Under the pieces are notes generated by a model. It did not search any database. It had not been told where the DNA came from and saw nothing but the letters and a program-made list of their open reading frames with translations. Shown one piece after another: positions 1 through 8,845 of a stretch of DNA of 32,239 nt. Position 1 is the first letter of the stretch. Each line of letters starts with the position of its first letter. A program made the position numbers and the translations under genes. Source of the stretch: Mycobacteriales bacterium (GTDB lineage Bacteria; Actinomycetota; Actinomycetes; JALYNC01); assembly GCA_050999825.1 (NCBI GenBank), contig JBPCOX010000260.1, forward strand, positions 1 to 32,239, read 5' to 3'.

Positions 1-33
1 AAGCGGATCGCCCGGGTCTGCCGCCGCCAACGC

Positions 34-882
34 GTGGCCATGCCCTACGGCCAGAAGGCGGTCCTGCCCAAGGCGTTCCTGGTCGGGATCAGCGCGGAGG
101 AGTACGCCGTCGTCGAGCCGTTGCTCGACACGGTCCAGGAGGCGGTCTCGGCCAGCCTGTTGCGCACCGCCCGGGAGAAGCAGTGGCTGCACTCGGGCCC
201 ACCGCGGGTCGTCGTACAGGACAGCGAGACCGTGGCCGAGGGCCGCCCCGAAGTCATCTCGACGACGCTGCCCGGACCGGGGGCCCTGTCCGGCGGTGGT
301 GCCGACGCGCCGCGCGAGTCCACGACCACGTACTCCCCCGGCGACGCCGTCGCTCCCGGTTCGGAGCCGACCCACACGGTCTCGGCCTCCGCCAAGCCCG
401 AGACACCGGCCCTGATACGTCCCGAGACGCGGCCCGAATCGACCCATGCGATCCGGGACACCCCGCCGGCCGCACCGGCCAGACCCGTGCTCGTGCCGGT
501 CACCCGTGACCTGCGGGCCGAACCCACGGCGGCCGAGCTGCACGGCGCCGGGGTGCACCGGTTGCGCGGCACGGACGGAGAACCGGACATCGTGCTCACC
601 CGAGAGGCGTTGGTCGTCGGCCGGGCCGAGGACTGCGACGTGACGATCGGCTACCCGTCGGCCTCGCGGCACCACCTGCGGCTGGTTCCGACGTTGGCCG
701 GCTGCCGGGTGGAGGACCTGGACAGCCGGCACGGCACCCGGGTGAACGGCGCGCTGGTCCGCCAGCCGGTGTTGCTGCGGGCGCGCGACACGCTGCAGCT
801 GGGCAGTATGGGACCGTGCTGGACCTACCAGCCGCTCGTGTCTACTCCTGTTATGCGCGGAAGCGGCCAGGCGGGCACGTGA
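34..882 (+). CDS. FHA-domain protein (C-terminal FHA, Pro/Thr/Ala-rich N-terminal half)
   Basis: The C-terminus has FHA hallmarks: VVGRAEDCDVTI..SASRHHLRL..DLDSRHGTRVNG. The stop TGA at 880-882 overlaps the GTG start of the next gene. The start could be GTG 34 or ATG 40. Confidence 0.72.
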   Translation: MAMPYGQKAVLPKAFLVGISAEEYAVVEPLLDTVQEAVSASLLRTAREKQWLHSGPPRVVVQDSETVAEGRPEVISTTLPGPGALSGGGADAPRESTTTYSPGDAVAPGSEPTHTVSASAKPETPALIRPETRPESTHAIRDTPPAAPARPVLVPVTRDLRAEPTAAELHGAGVHRLRGTDGEPDIVLTREALVVGRAEDCDVTIGYPSASRHHLRLVPTLAGCRVEDLDSRHGTRVNGALVRQPVLLRARDTLQLGSMGPCWTYQPLVSTPVMRGSGQAGT

Positions 883-1604
883 CGGCGGTGACGGTGCACT
901 GGCAGGTCGGTGCCCACACCGAACGCGGGGCCCGCCGCGGCACCAACATGGACGCGCTGCTCGTCGCGCCGCACTCCGGTCTGGTCGTGCTCGCCGACGG
1001 GATGGGCTCCACGAAGCGCGGCGGGGAGGCCGCGGCGATGGCCGTGGCCGTCTTCGCCGAACGCCTCGGGGTCCAGGATCGGGACGAGGACGGGGTCAAC
1101 GCCGCGGTGGCCGCCGTCCAGGACCAGCTGGTCGCCGAGTTCGCCGCCGGCGGGCTGCTGACCGGGGCCACCACGTTGTGTGCCTTGGTCGCCGCCGGTG
1201 ACGGTTTGCTCGTCGTCAACGTCGGCGACTCCCGCGCCCACCTGCTGCACGACGGCGTACTGCAGGTTCTCACCACCGATCACACGGTCGCCGCCCATCT
1301 GGTCGCGGTCGGCGCCGCGGAGCCTGATTCGCCCCTGGTCCGGCGTACGACGAACCATCTGCGCCGGTACCTCGGCAACCCGGCCGGAGCCAGCGCGGAC
1401 ATCACGCGGCTCCGGCCGGTGCCGGGTGACACGGTCCTGTTGTCGACCGACGGCGTACACGGCGCGCTGAACACCGCGCAGATGGCCGACATCCTGGCCG
1501 GTTCGCGCGATCCCGAACTCGGCGCCCGCCGGCTCGTGGTCGCGGCCGCGGCGGCCGGCGGCACCGACGACGCAAGCGCCGTCGTGGTCCGCCCCCAGCG
1601 ATGA
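879..1604 (+). CDS. PP2C-family Ser/Thr protein phosphatase
   Basis: PP2C/PPM motifs are present: LADGMGS, VNVGDSRAHL, LLSTDGVH and a C-terminal DDASAVVV. I chose GTG 879 because it is in frame with ORF 816..1604 and forms a GTGA overlap with the upstream stop. The longer ORF start at 816 looks like an extension. Confidence 0.85.
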   Translation: MTAVTVHWQVGAHTERGARRGTNMDALLVAPHSGLVVLADGMGSTKRGGEAAAMAVAVFAERLGVQDRDEDGVNAAVAAVQDQLVAEFAAGGLLTGATTLCALVAAGDGLLVVNVGDSRAHLLHDGVLQVLTTDHTVAAHLVAVGAAEPDSPLVRRTTNHLRRYLGNPAGASADITRLRPVPGDTVLLSTDGVHGALNTAQMADILAGSRDPELGARRLVVAAAAAGGTDDASAVVVRPQR

Positions 1605-2422
1605 GCGAGCGCGGCATGAGCCGGGTCGTCGTCCGCGCCCCCGACGGCCAGCAGCACACGCTGTCGCCGGGGCAGTCGCTGATCTTCGGCCGGCCCGGTG
1701 GCGGGGCGGACCTGTTGCTGGCCGGCGACGTCCACCTCTCGCGCCACCACGGCCTGATCGAGGCCCAGCCCGCCGGCTGGCAGCTGACCAACATCTCCGA
1801 GGTCAACCCGCTGTACGTCGACACCCTGGAGGGTTCACTGATCCCGCTGCGCCCCGGTGCGCGCTGGGTCGCCGACCGGGCGGCGGTCACCGTCGGGACG
1901 GCGACCATGGTGCACCAGGAGCGCGCGATCGCCATCAGCTGTACGGCGCTGGCGGCCGAGCCGGCCCCCCTCGATCGTGAACTGCCGGCCCTGACCGGCG
2001 AACCGACCCGGCCCGGCGCCGGTGTGGCACTGGCCGAGGACGCGCAGTACTTCCTGACCGCGGTGTTGCTGTGCCAGCCGTGGCTGCGCGACCAGCTGCG
2101 GCTGCGCCGGTTACCGTCCGCGGCCGAGATCGGCGGGGAGGTCGCGGCGCTGACCGGCGTACCGGCCGGAGCCGCCACCATGGACGAACTCGAGCGGTAC
2201 GTCGTCACCGACCTCAAGACCCTCAAGCAGAAGCTGCTGGACGCCCGGGTGTTCACCGAGCGTCCGGTCAGCCTCGGCATGGTCGCCGCGGCGCTGATCG
2301 GCCACGGGATGGTCACCCCGGCTCACCTGGCGCAGCTGCCGGGCCAGGCCCGCGAGTGGCGTTACCGTTGGGGGGCCCGGTTGACGACGAACAGCGGCGC
2401 CGGCGGGAGGGCTGGACGGTGA
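1601..2422 (+). CDS. FHA-domain protein with uncharacterised C-terminal domain
   Basis: The N-terminus is FHA-like: LIFGRPGGGADLLL..HLSRHHGLI..NISEVNPLYV. ATG 1601 overlaps the PP2C stop as ATGA. An alternative in-frame ATG lies at 1616. Confidence 0.72.
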   Translation: MSERGMSRVVVRAPDGQQHTLSPGQSLIFGRPGGGADLLLAGDVHLSRHHGLIEAQPAGWQLTNISEVNPLYVDTLEGSLIPLRPGARWVADRAAVTVGTATMVHQERAIAISCTALAAEPAPLDRELPALTGEPTRPGAGVALAEDAQYFLTAVLLCQPWLRDQLRLRRLPSAAEIGGEVAALTGVPAGAATMDELERYVVTDLKTLKQKLLDARVFTERPVSLGMVAAALIGHGMVTPAHLAQLPGQAREWRYRWGARLTTNSGAGGRAGR

Positions 2423-4464
2423 ACACCGAGCGGACCTACCTCGGGTACGCCGCTGCGCCGGCAGCCACCGGAACCCAGGTCACCGGTACCCATGGACTGG
2501 GCCAAGCCCAGGCCACCGAAGTCTTCGGGTCCTACACCATGCCCGAGCACTCCCCCGCCGGGTTCGCCCTGGACGTCGGCGCCAGCCTGTCGATCTGGAC
2601 GATAACCGCCTGGGTGAACGCCGGCGTGAACGCGCACGTCTACCGGGCCAGCGACCCCGACGCCCTGCACGGTCGCGACGTCGCGCTCAAGGTGCTGCTG
2701 CCGCAGTCCGCCCACGGCCGCCAGGACCAGGTAGTGCACGAGGTGGCGGCGATGAGCTCGCTGACCCTCGGCCATCCGCACCTGATGTCCTCGACCATCG
2801 CCCGCCGGATCAACTCCGGGCCCTACACCGGCGGCGTGCTCATCGTCATGCCGTGGGCGTCGCTGAACCTGCGCGAGTACGTGCTGGCCATCCGCCGCGG
2901 CGACGAGCTGCCCGACGAGGGTCGCTGGGCGCGGACCACCTCGATGTGCGAGGCGCTGGCCGGCATCGCCGACGGGCTGGCCCACCTGCACGAGCTGCAG
3001 ACCTCGCACGGCGACGTCAAGCCCGACAACATCATGCTCGTCGACGGGGTGTGGAAACTCGGCGACTTCGGGCTGACCCGGCCGATGGAGGGCTCCTACG
3101 TCCTGTCCGCGCCGGGCACTTTGAGCTACACCGCACCGGAGGAGGCTCGCGCCCAGCACGCCGACCCGGCCGCGGAGATCAAACGGCGACCGGCCGGGGA
3201 CGTGTGGGCCCTAGGGGTCACCCTGCACTTCGCGGTCACTGGCGGCCGGTTTCCGATGCCCGGCATCACGCCCGACGAGCGGCTGGCCGCGGTCCGGCAA
3301 GGCGTCATCCAGATCTCGCCGGAGGTCCAGCTGCCGGAGCTGCGGCACCTGCTCGGCGAGCAACTGCTCGTCGACGACATGCACCGAGGGGCGCAGTCAT
3401 ACGAGCGGCGGACCTCGGCGTCGATGGCCGGTGAGGTGCTGCGCCGGATCGCGGCCACCGAGCACCTGCCGACCCGGCGGATCCGGGTCGAACCGGTCGT
3501 CGACTCCGACGCGATGCTGCGCTACCGCGGCCAGTGCGAGCGGGTCGCGGCGCAGACCGTCGAGCAGTGGCGCGACCTCGGGCCCTGGGACTCCGACCGC
3601 GCGGCGACGACCCAGCGCTCACGCGGCGTCCTGGGCACGATGCTCACCAACCGCCTGTCCGGCCTGGAGCCACCCCCGGAGTTGCGGCTGCGCAAGAGCG
3701 TGCTGGCCCGGACGTTCGGTCTGCGGGCGCCGTACGAGAGGTGCCGCGTCGCGGCCCGGGAGAACGCGGTAGTGCGGTACGCACCGCCGATCGAGGACAG
3801 CTCCCGGGTGGCCCGGCGGCTGCTCGCGGTCAGCACCTTCCTGGTGCTGCTGACCGCCCTGACCACCGCGGGGACGCCGCCGGCCGCTCGGACGATCCTG
3901 GCCGCGGGGTTGATGGCCGGGGTGGTCGCGTTGTTCGCCGCCGTCGCGATCGGCGGCCGGTTCCCGGAGCCCGCCTACGTCTTCGGTTCACGGTCCGGGC
4001 CGCTGGTCGGCGCGCTCACCGGGGCCGTCCTCGGGCTGTCCGCGCTCGTACCGCTGACCCGCATCGTGGCGGGGTCGGGCGCGGCCGCCGGGTCGGCCGA
4101 CGCCTCCGGCGTACGCGCGCTGCACGACGTGCTGCTCGTCCTTCCTTCGGGTGCGGCGGTGGCCCTGCTCGGCTGGTACGGCGCCGGAGTGCTGACCACC
4201 CGGCACGCCATCGCCACCCAGCGGCGGGCCGCGAACCCGGTACGTGGGGACGTTCCCCACCCCAGCGGGCGACCGGCGCCGGCCCCTCAGGTGCAACACC
4301 GGCCGGTCCAGCCGAACTGGTCCCCACCGCGGGTCACGGAGCCGCTGCGGATGCCACCGACCGCGGTCCCGGTGCCGTCGCCGGTACGGGCACCGGTGGC
4401 CCAACCTGATCCCGAACCCGTCTCCCGGCGCCGGTCGTCGCGCCGGCGTACCCGTGGCGGGTGA
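2419..4464 (+). CDS. Hanks-type Ser/Thr protein kinase with multi-pass C-terminal membrane region
   Basis: Kinase motifs are present: VALKVL (catalytic Lys), SHGDVKPDNIML (catalytic loop, HGD rather than HRD), LGDFGL and SYTAPEE. The C-terminal third has about four hydrophobic helices (LLAVSTFLVLLTALTT, ILAAGLMAGVVALFAAVAIGG, LVGALTGAVLGLSALVPL, LLVLPSGAAVALLGWYGAGVL). GTG 2419 forms a GTGA overlap with the upstream stop and follows a GGGAGGG Shine-Dalgarno at 2405-2411. The 2071 ORF start is an out-of-gene extension. Confidence 0.85.
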   Translation: MNTERTYLGYAAAPAATGTQVTGTHGLGQAQATEVFGSYTMPEHSPAGFALDVGASLSIWTITAWVNAGVNAHVYRASDPDALHGRDVALKVLLPQSAHGRQDQVVHEVAAMSSLTLGHPHLMSSTIARRINSGPYTGGVLIVMPWASLNLREYVLAIRRGDELPDEGRWARTTSMCEALAGIADGLAHLHELQTSHGDVKPDNIMLVDGVWKLGDFGLTRPMEGSYVLSAPGTLSYTAPEEARAQHADPAAEIKRRPAGDVWALGVTLHFAVTGGRFPMPGITPDERLAAVRQGVIQISPEVQLPELRHLLGEQLLVDDMHRGAQSYERRTSASMAGEVLRRIAATEHLPTRRIRVEPVVDSDAMLRYRGQCERVAAQTVEQWRDLGPWDSDRAATTQRSRGVLGTMLTNRLSGLEPPPELRLRKSVLARTFGLRAPYERCRVAARENAVVRYAPPIEDSSRVARRLLAVSTFLVLLTALTTAGTPPAARTILAAGLMAGVVALFAAVAIGGRFPEPAYVFGSRSGPLVGALTGAVLGLSALVPLTRIVAGSGAAAGSADASGVRALHDVLLVLPSGAAVALLGWYGAGVLTTRHAIATQRRAANPVRGDVPHPSGRPAPAPQVQHRPVQPNWSPPRVTEPLRMPPTAVPVPSPVRAPVAQPDPEPVSRRRSSRRRTRGG

Positions 4465-4567
4465 CCTCCGCCACCCCGGTCCGGTCGCGTTTGCCGCGCA
4501 GGTCGCCCCGGCGGTCGACCGGGTCGCCATCGGCGTCCACGTCGCGTCCCGTTCCGAGGCAGCGCAG

Positions 4568-5194
4568 GTGCTGCGTCGCTTCGGGCTGCCCAGTGCCGTC
4601 CCCCTGATCGAGCTGCGGCTGGGCCTGCCGCTGCGGCCGATCCCCCTCGTCCAGGCTCGAGCCGTCTTGCGCTACGTCGCCGAGGCCGATTTCCAGGCCC
4701 ACCTGCTCGGCCAGGTCGCGGCCGGCATTCTCACCGTGCGGGACGAACACATCGCGCTCACCGGCCGCGGGCAAGAGTGCTGCACGGCGCTGGCGGAGGT
4801 CCACGAGCGCACCGCCGACGTCCTCTGGCGTGGTCGGGCACAGAGCCTGCCCCGGCTGGGCGCGCTGGCCGGCCGGTTGTTGACCGCGGCGCAGGCCGAT
4901 GCCGGTCCGGCGTTCCGGGGCAGCGCTCCGTCGTACGAGCCGGTCGGTGCGTCACCCGGCCTGCTGCTGTTCGGCCAGTTGTGTGCGCTGCGCCTGCACC
5001 GGGCCGATGCGCACGCCGCCGCCTGGGCCGAGGCCGGCCTGTCTGCGGAGCAGATCCAAGCGCTGCCGGCCGGCGCGCAGCGCGGCCGGATCGAGGTGCG
5101 GACGAATGAACTGGCGGCGCCCCCGTACGCGAGCCTGTCCGAGACCGAGCGGCGGGCCTTCCTGGCCGGGCTGGTCGCGCTCGGCTCCGCCTGA
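4568..5194 (+). CDS. hypothetical protein, possible winged-helix (MarR-like) fold
   Basis: This is the in-frame tail of ORF 4244..5194. GTG 4568 is the first canonical start after the kinase stop, and GTG 4454 is an alternative. The segment GILTVRDEHIALTGRGQE resembles a MarR wing. No catalytic motif was recognised. Confidence 0.4.
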   Translation: MLRRFGLPSAVPLIELRLGLPLRPIPLVQARAVLRYVAEADFQAHLLGQVAAGILTVRDEHIALTGRGQECCTALAEVHERTADVLWRGRAQSLPRLGALAGRLLTAAQADAGPAFRGSAPSYEPVGASPGLLLFGQLCALRLHRADAHAAAWAEAGLSAEQIQALPAGAQRGRIEVRTNELAAPPYASLSETERRAFLAGLVALGSA

Positions 5195-5198
5195 ACCG

Positions 5199-5804
5199 TC
5201 ACGCCGGGCTCAGTCCGGCCAGGGTCAGGGTGACGAGTCGGCGCACCGCGGCCTTGGAGGGCAGCTCGCCGGCCGCGGCCAGCGCGTTCAGGCAGTAGGT
5301 GGCGAGTTCGTCCGCAGGGACGTCGGCACGCGCCTGCCCCGCAGCGACAGCTTCGGCCAGCAGGTCCCGCAAGAACCGGTTGAGATTCTCCTGGGCCAGG
5401 GCCATGTGCTGACCCCGGTGCACGAGGGCCGCGAGTTCGGCGCCGCGGGGCCGCCCGCGGGACAGCTGGGCGTACGCCGTCAGGACGGCGTCCAAACGCT
5501 GCCGGGCATCGCCGGGCCGATTCCGGATCTCGGCGAGCTGTTCGAGGTGGCCGGTGACCTGACGCTCGTGCCAGGCGAGCAGGATCGCCTCGATGTCGGG
5601 GAAGTACTTGTAGAGCGTGGCGCGCCCGATACCCGTCGCCTCGGCGATCCGCGACATGGTCACCGCCGCCAGCCCGTGCTCGGCCACCAGCGCCGCCGTG
5701 GCGTCCAGGGTCGCGTCGCGCACCGCGCGGCGATGAGCCTCGACCGTGTCGGTCCACAGCTTCGGCACGCGGCGGACTATACGCTGCGTCCACGTTTGAT
5801 ACAT
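5199..5804 (-). CDS. TetR/AcrR-family transcriptional regulator
   Basis: The N-terminal HTH reads TMSRIAEATGIGRATLYKYFPDIEAIL. The start could be ATG 5804 or GTG 5768; the latter would leave an AT-richer spacer as the promoter region. Confidence 0.85.
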   Translation of the reverse strand: MYQTWTQRIVRRVPKLWTDTVEAHRRAVRDATLDATAALVAEHGLAAVTMSRIAEATGIGRATLYKYFPDIEAILLAWHERQVTGHLEQLAEIRNRPGDARQRLDAVLTAYAQLSRGRPRGAELAALVHRGQHMALAQENLNRFLRDLLAEAVAAGQARADVPADELATYCLNALAAAGELPSKAAVRRLVTLTLAGLSPA

Positions 5805-5865
5805 ACTGACGCTTATGGAGACAGGTCATATTGCAAACAGTTCTGGTTCCGGCACGCCCCGGTGG
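5769..5865. promoter_or_regulatory. AT-richer divergent spacer between the TetR gene and downstream membrane-protein genes (probable promoter/operator region)
   Basis: By eye this stretch is locally much less GC-rich than its surroundings (ggactatacgctgcgtccacgtttgatacatactgacgcttatggagacaggtcatattgcaaacagttctgg). It sits between divergent genes. I could not define a clean palindrome. Confidence 0.3.
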
Positions 5866-6012
5866 GTGAAGCTGTCGGTGCTCATCGCCGTCGTCGTCGT
5901 CCTGATGGTCGTCCTGTTGCTCTCCGGCGGCCTCGGGGAGCACGGCCCCGGTCGGCATGCGTCGTCCGGCGACCCTCTCAGCGGGCAGGCATGGTCCGTG
6001 AGCGCCGCCTGA
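5815..6012 (+). CDS. small single-pass membrane protein (hypothetical)
   Basis: It has one strongly hydrophobic helix (VKLSVLIAVVVVLMVVLLLSGG), lies divergent from the TetR gene, and its stop is 2 nt before the next ATG at 6015. An alternative start is GTG 5866. It could be a chance ORF. Confidence 0.35.
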   Translation: METGHIANSSGSGTPRWVKLSVLIAVVVVLMVVLLLSGGLGEHGPGRHASSGDPLSGQAWSVSAA

Positions 6013-6014
6013 CC

Positions 6015-6548
6015 ATGACCCCTCGCCTGCGCAAGCTCGCGCTCACCGCGCATGTGATGTCCTCGGTGGGCTGGCTCGGCGCGGTCCTCGCCTTTTTGGC
6101 TCTGGCCGTCACCGGACTGACCAGCCAGGACACCGAGACGGCGCGCGCGGTCTACCTCGCCGCCGAGCCGCTCACCTGGTACGTGCTCGTACCGCTGGCC
6201 GTCGCCTCGCTGCTCACCGGGCTGGTCTGCTCGCTGGGCTCACCCTGGGGCCTGTTCCGGCACTACTGGGTCCTGTTCAAGCTCCTGCTCAACGTTCTGG
6301 CCACCGTCGTGCTGCTCCTCTACACCCGGACCGTCAGCACATTCGCCGACCTGGCCGGGGCACCCGGTGCCGACCTCGACGCGTTGCGCGCGCCCACCTT
6401 CGTGCTCCATTCGGCCCTCGCCCTGCTGGTGTTGCTCGTGGCCACCGTGCTGGCGGTGTACAAGCCGCGGGGCCTGACCCGTTACGGACAGCGCCAGCAG
6501 AGCGACGAGCGTCGTCGGCGCCGGGTGCCAGGAGTCCTGGTGCCCTAG
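6015..6548 (+). CDS. integral membrane protein, about 4 TM helices (function unknown)
   Basis: This is the tail of ORF 4899..6548. It has four hydrophobic segments (VGWLGAVLAFLALAV, LTWYVLVPLAVASLLTGLV, YWVLFKLLLNVLATVVLLLY, FVLHSALALLVLLVATVLAVY). An alternative start is ATG 5991. Confidence 0.6.
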   Translation: MTPRLRKLALTAHVMSSVGWLGAVLAFLALAVTGLTSQDTETARAVYLAAEPLTWYVLVPLAVASLLTGLVCSLGSPWGLFRHYWVLFKLLLNVLATVVLLLYTRTVSTFADLAGAPGADLDALRAPTFVLHSALALLVLLVATVLAVYKPRGLTRYGQRQQSDERRRRRVPGVLVP

Positions 6549-6598
6549 CCACTGCTAGGTCGGCGAGCCGGCGATCGACCACTCCGTACGGTGAACCG

Positions 6599-8020
6599 GT
6601 GAGCCATCCGGCGCCGGACTGCGATCTCGTCGTGCTCGGGGGCGGCGCAGCCGGCCTCACGGCAGCCTGGCGGGCGGCCCTGGCCGGGCGCTCGGTCCGG
6701 CTCTACGAGCGGGCGCCGGCCTTCGGCGGGCTGGCCGCGTCCTTCGACGTCGCCGGCATCCGGGTAGACCACGGCAGCCACCGGTTGCACCCGGCCACCG
6801 CGTCCCACCTGCTCGCCGATCTGCGGGAGTTGCTCGGCGAGGACTTGCAGACCCGGCCCCGCCACGGGCGGCTGCGGCTGTACGACCGCTGGGTCAGCTT
6901 CCCGCTGCGGCCCGGCGAGCTGGCCCAGGCCCTGCCCCGCGCGGCGATCGGCCGGATCGCCCGGGACGCGGTCTTCGAGCCGTTCCGGCGGGCCGGCTGG
7001 CCCGGCTACGCCGACCGGCGGACGTCGTACGGCGGGCAGCTGGCGGCCACCCTGGGGCCGGAGCTGTACCGCGCGCTGTACGCCCCCTACGCCGAGAAGC
7101 TGTGGGGACTGCCCGGCCAGCAGATCGACGTCGAGCAGGCCCGGCGCCGGGTCAGCGCGGACAGCTCCTGGAAGATCGCCCGGCGGGCGCTGCGCCGGTC
7201 GGACCCCCAGGGCCGGGTCTTCCACTACCCACGGCGGGGTTTCGGGCAGATCGTGGACGCGCTGGCCGCGGCGGCCACGGTCGCCGGTGCCCGGCTGCAC
7301 AGCGACGCCGAGGTCACCGCGGTGGAACTGCGCGGGCCACGGCCAGTCGTACGCCGCGCCGACGGGACCGGCGTCCGGGCCGGGCACGTGCTGTCGACGG
7401 TGCCACTGCCGGTGCTGGCCCGGCTGGCCCGGCCGCAGCCGCCACCGGCGGTCCTGGACGACGCCAGGAGCCTGACCCTGCGGGCGATGGTGCTCGTCTA
7501 CCTGGTCCACCGCGGTGGCCGGTGGACCCAGTACGACGCGCACTACCTGCCGGCCGGCGACACCCCGGTCACCCGGGTCAGCGAACCGGCCAACTATCGG
7601 GACAGTCCGGAGGATCCGGCCGACCACACCGTGCTGTGCGCCGAGATCCCGTGCGCCATCGGCGGCCGGTGGTGGAGGGCCGACGACGCAGAACTCACCG
7701 CGGCCGTGACCCGCATCCTGGCCGACGTGGGCCTGCCGCCGCTGGACCTGGCCGGCGTCGCCGTCCGCCGGCTACCGCACGTCTACCCTGTCTATGAGAT
7801 CGGGTACGCGCAGCGGCTGGCCGGGCTGCAAATCTGGGCCGACGGCCTGGACCGGGTGACGACGTTCGGCCGGCAGGGGCTGTTCGTGCACGACAACACC
7901 CACCACACGATGGCCATGGCCTACGACGCGGTCGCGGCGATCGGGCCGGACGGCAGGCGGGACGAGGCGGCCTGGTCAGCGGCGCTGGAACGCTTCAGCC
8001 ACCACGTCGTCGAAGACTGA
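6599..8020 (+). CDS. FAD-dependent oxidoreductase (amine-oxidase / UDP-galactopyranose-mutase-like superfamily)
   Basis: The N-terminal Rossmann dinucleotide motif is DLVVLGGGAAGLTAAWRAALAGRSVRLYERAPAFGGLA. An internal YAPYAEKLWG segment resembles the UGM-family Y..K.WG segment. The start is GTG 6599. Confidence 0.78.
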   Translation: MSHPAPDCDLVVLGGGAAGLTAAWRAALAGRSVRLYERAPAFGGLAASFDVAGIRVDHGSHRLHPATASHLLADLRELLGEDLQTRPRHGRLRLYDRWVSFPLRPGELAQALPRAAIGRIARDAVFEPFRRAGWPGYADRRTSYGGQLAATLGPELYRALYAPYAEKLWGLPGQQIDVEQARRRVSADSSWKIARRALRRSDPQGRVFHYPRRGFGQIVDALAAAATVAGARLHSDAEVTAVELRGPRPVVRRADGTGVRAGHVLSTVPLPVLARLARPQPPPAVLDDARSLTLRAMVLVYLVHRGGRWTQYDAHYLPAGDTPVTRVSEPANYRDSPEDPADHTVLCAEIPCAIGGRWWRADDAELTAAVTRILADVGLPPLDLAGVAVRRLPHVYPVYEIGYAQRLAGLQIWADGLDRVTTFGRQGLFVHDNTHHTMAMAYDAVAAIGPDGRRDEAAWSAALERFSHHVVED

Positions 8021-8021
8021 G

Positions 8022-8522
8022 CTACTCGTGCAGGCGGCGGGCCAGGATCTCGCGCAGCACGGGGAGCGCCCTCCGGTCCTTGTCCCGGCCGGCCGCCTCC
8101 TTGCTCCGGATCACGTCCGCGAGGGAGGCCACCCAGATCCGCAAGCCACGAAAGCTCGTCTCAACGGCATCCCGCCGGAGATCGTCGTAGCCGGCCGTCC
8201 CCGTCGGGGTGAAGGAGATGTCGAAGAATCCGTGCGGTGTGGCCAGGTTCCACACGTCGACCGCGGCGAGGGAGCGAGCGTCGTGGCTGAACGGCAGCGG
8301 CTCGTCCAACTCGACCGCGCGTATCTTCGCCTCGAGCTCACGCAACGCATCCGACAGCCGTCGGAGGTTCGGCTCCGTGCGCACCGGCGTGATGTCGATG
8401 TCCTGGGTCAGCAGGGGCGAACCGTGCATGGCCGCGGCCATTCCGCCGATGAGAATGAACTCGACTTCGTGCCGTTGCAGGGCAGCCAGCATCGCCTCAG
8501 GCCGGAACGGCGGGTCAACCAC
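8022..8522 (-). CDS. minimal nucleotidyltransferase-fold protein (putative toxin or antitoxin partner of the upstream HTH gene)
   Basis: The Pol-beta/MNT signature GS..D.D is present in LIGGMAAAMHGSPLLTQDIDITP. GTG 8522 overlaps the stop of the upstream XRE gene by 8 nt. The longer ORF extending to 8678 overlaps the HTH gene and is unlikely to be real. Confidence 0.62.
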   Translation of the reverse strand: MVDPPFRPEAMLAALQRHEVEFILIGGMAAAMHGSPLLTQDIDITPVRTEPNLRRLSDALRELEAKIRAVELDEPLPFSHDARSLAAVDVWNLATPHGFFDISFTPTGTAGYDDLRRDAVETSFRGLRIWVASLADVIRSKEAAGRDKDRRALPVLREILARRLHE

Positions 8523-8844
8523 GGTGGGCCCCCGTAGTCGCACGCATGTCGTGGGCCAGCGCGGCGAAGGACACCATGTTGTCGAAGCGCTGCTCGGGGG
8601 TGCCCTGGAGCAGTCGGGTCGCCTGTGCGAGGTCGGAATCGTCGTAGGGGTCGAGTGCGACCAGCAGGTTGAAGCCACACAACCGCATCAGCCGGCGCAC
8701 CGTCTCGAAGCCGGGATCCACCCGTCCGGACTCGACGCGGGCGATCGCGGACTGCGTGGTGCCGGCCCTTTCCGCGAGTTCCCGCTGGGTCAGACCCGCG
8801 CGACGGCGAGCCTCCCGGATCAGATCGCCGCCCATGCTGGCCAC
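8515..8844 (-). CDS. XRE-family helix-turn-helix protein
   Basis: The HTH reads LIREARRRAGLTQRELAERAGTTQSAIARVESGR. The start is GTG 8844 or ATG 8835. Confidence 0.8.
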   Translation of the reverse strand: MASMGGDLIREARRRAGLTQRELAERAGTTQSAIARVESGRVDPGFETVRRLMRLCGFNLLVALDPYDDSDLAQATRLLQGTPEQRFDNMVSFAALAHDMRATTGAHRG

Positions 8845-8845
8845 G

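Noticed and set aside
2071-2418. N-terminal extensions of the longest ORFs. Examples are kinase from 2071, treS from 21457, glgB from 25258, glgX from 12470, glgP to 19115, DUF456 to 16761 and NTase to 8678.
   Set aside because: The extensions overlap the preceding well-supported gene in another frame and translate to Arg/Pro-rich low-complexity sequence. In-frame GTG/ATG codons at the gene junctions give family-typical N-termini and lengths.
5195-5198. Near-zero gaps between convergent stops as possible shared regulatory sites. These are a 4-nt gap at 5195-5198, a 1-nt gap at 8021 and abutting stops at 29218-29223 (TAGCTA).
   Set aside because: These are simply tight convergent gene ends, which are common in compact actinobacterial genomes. 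No additional structure is visible.
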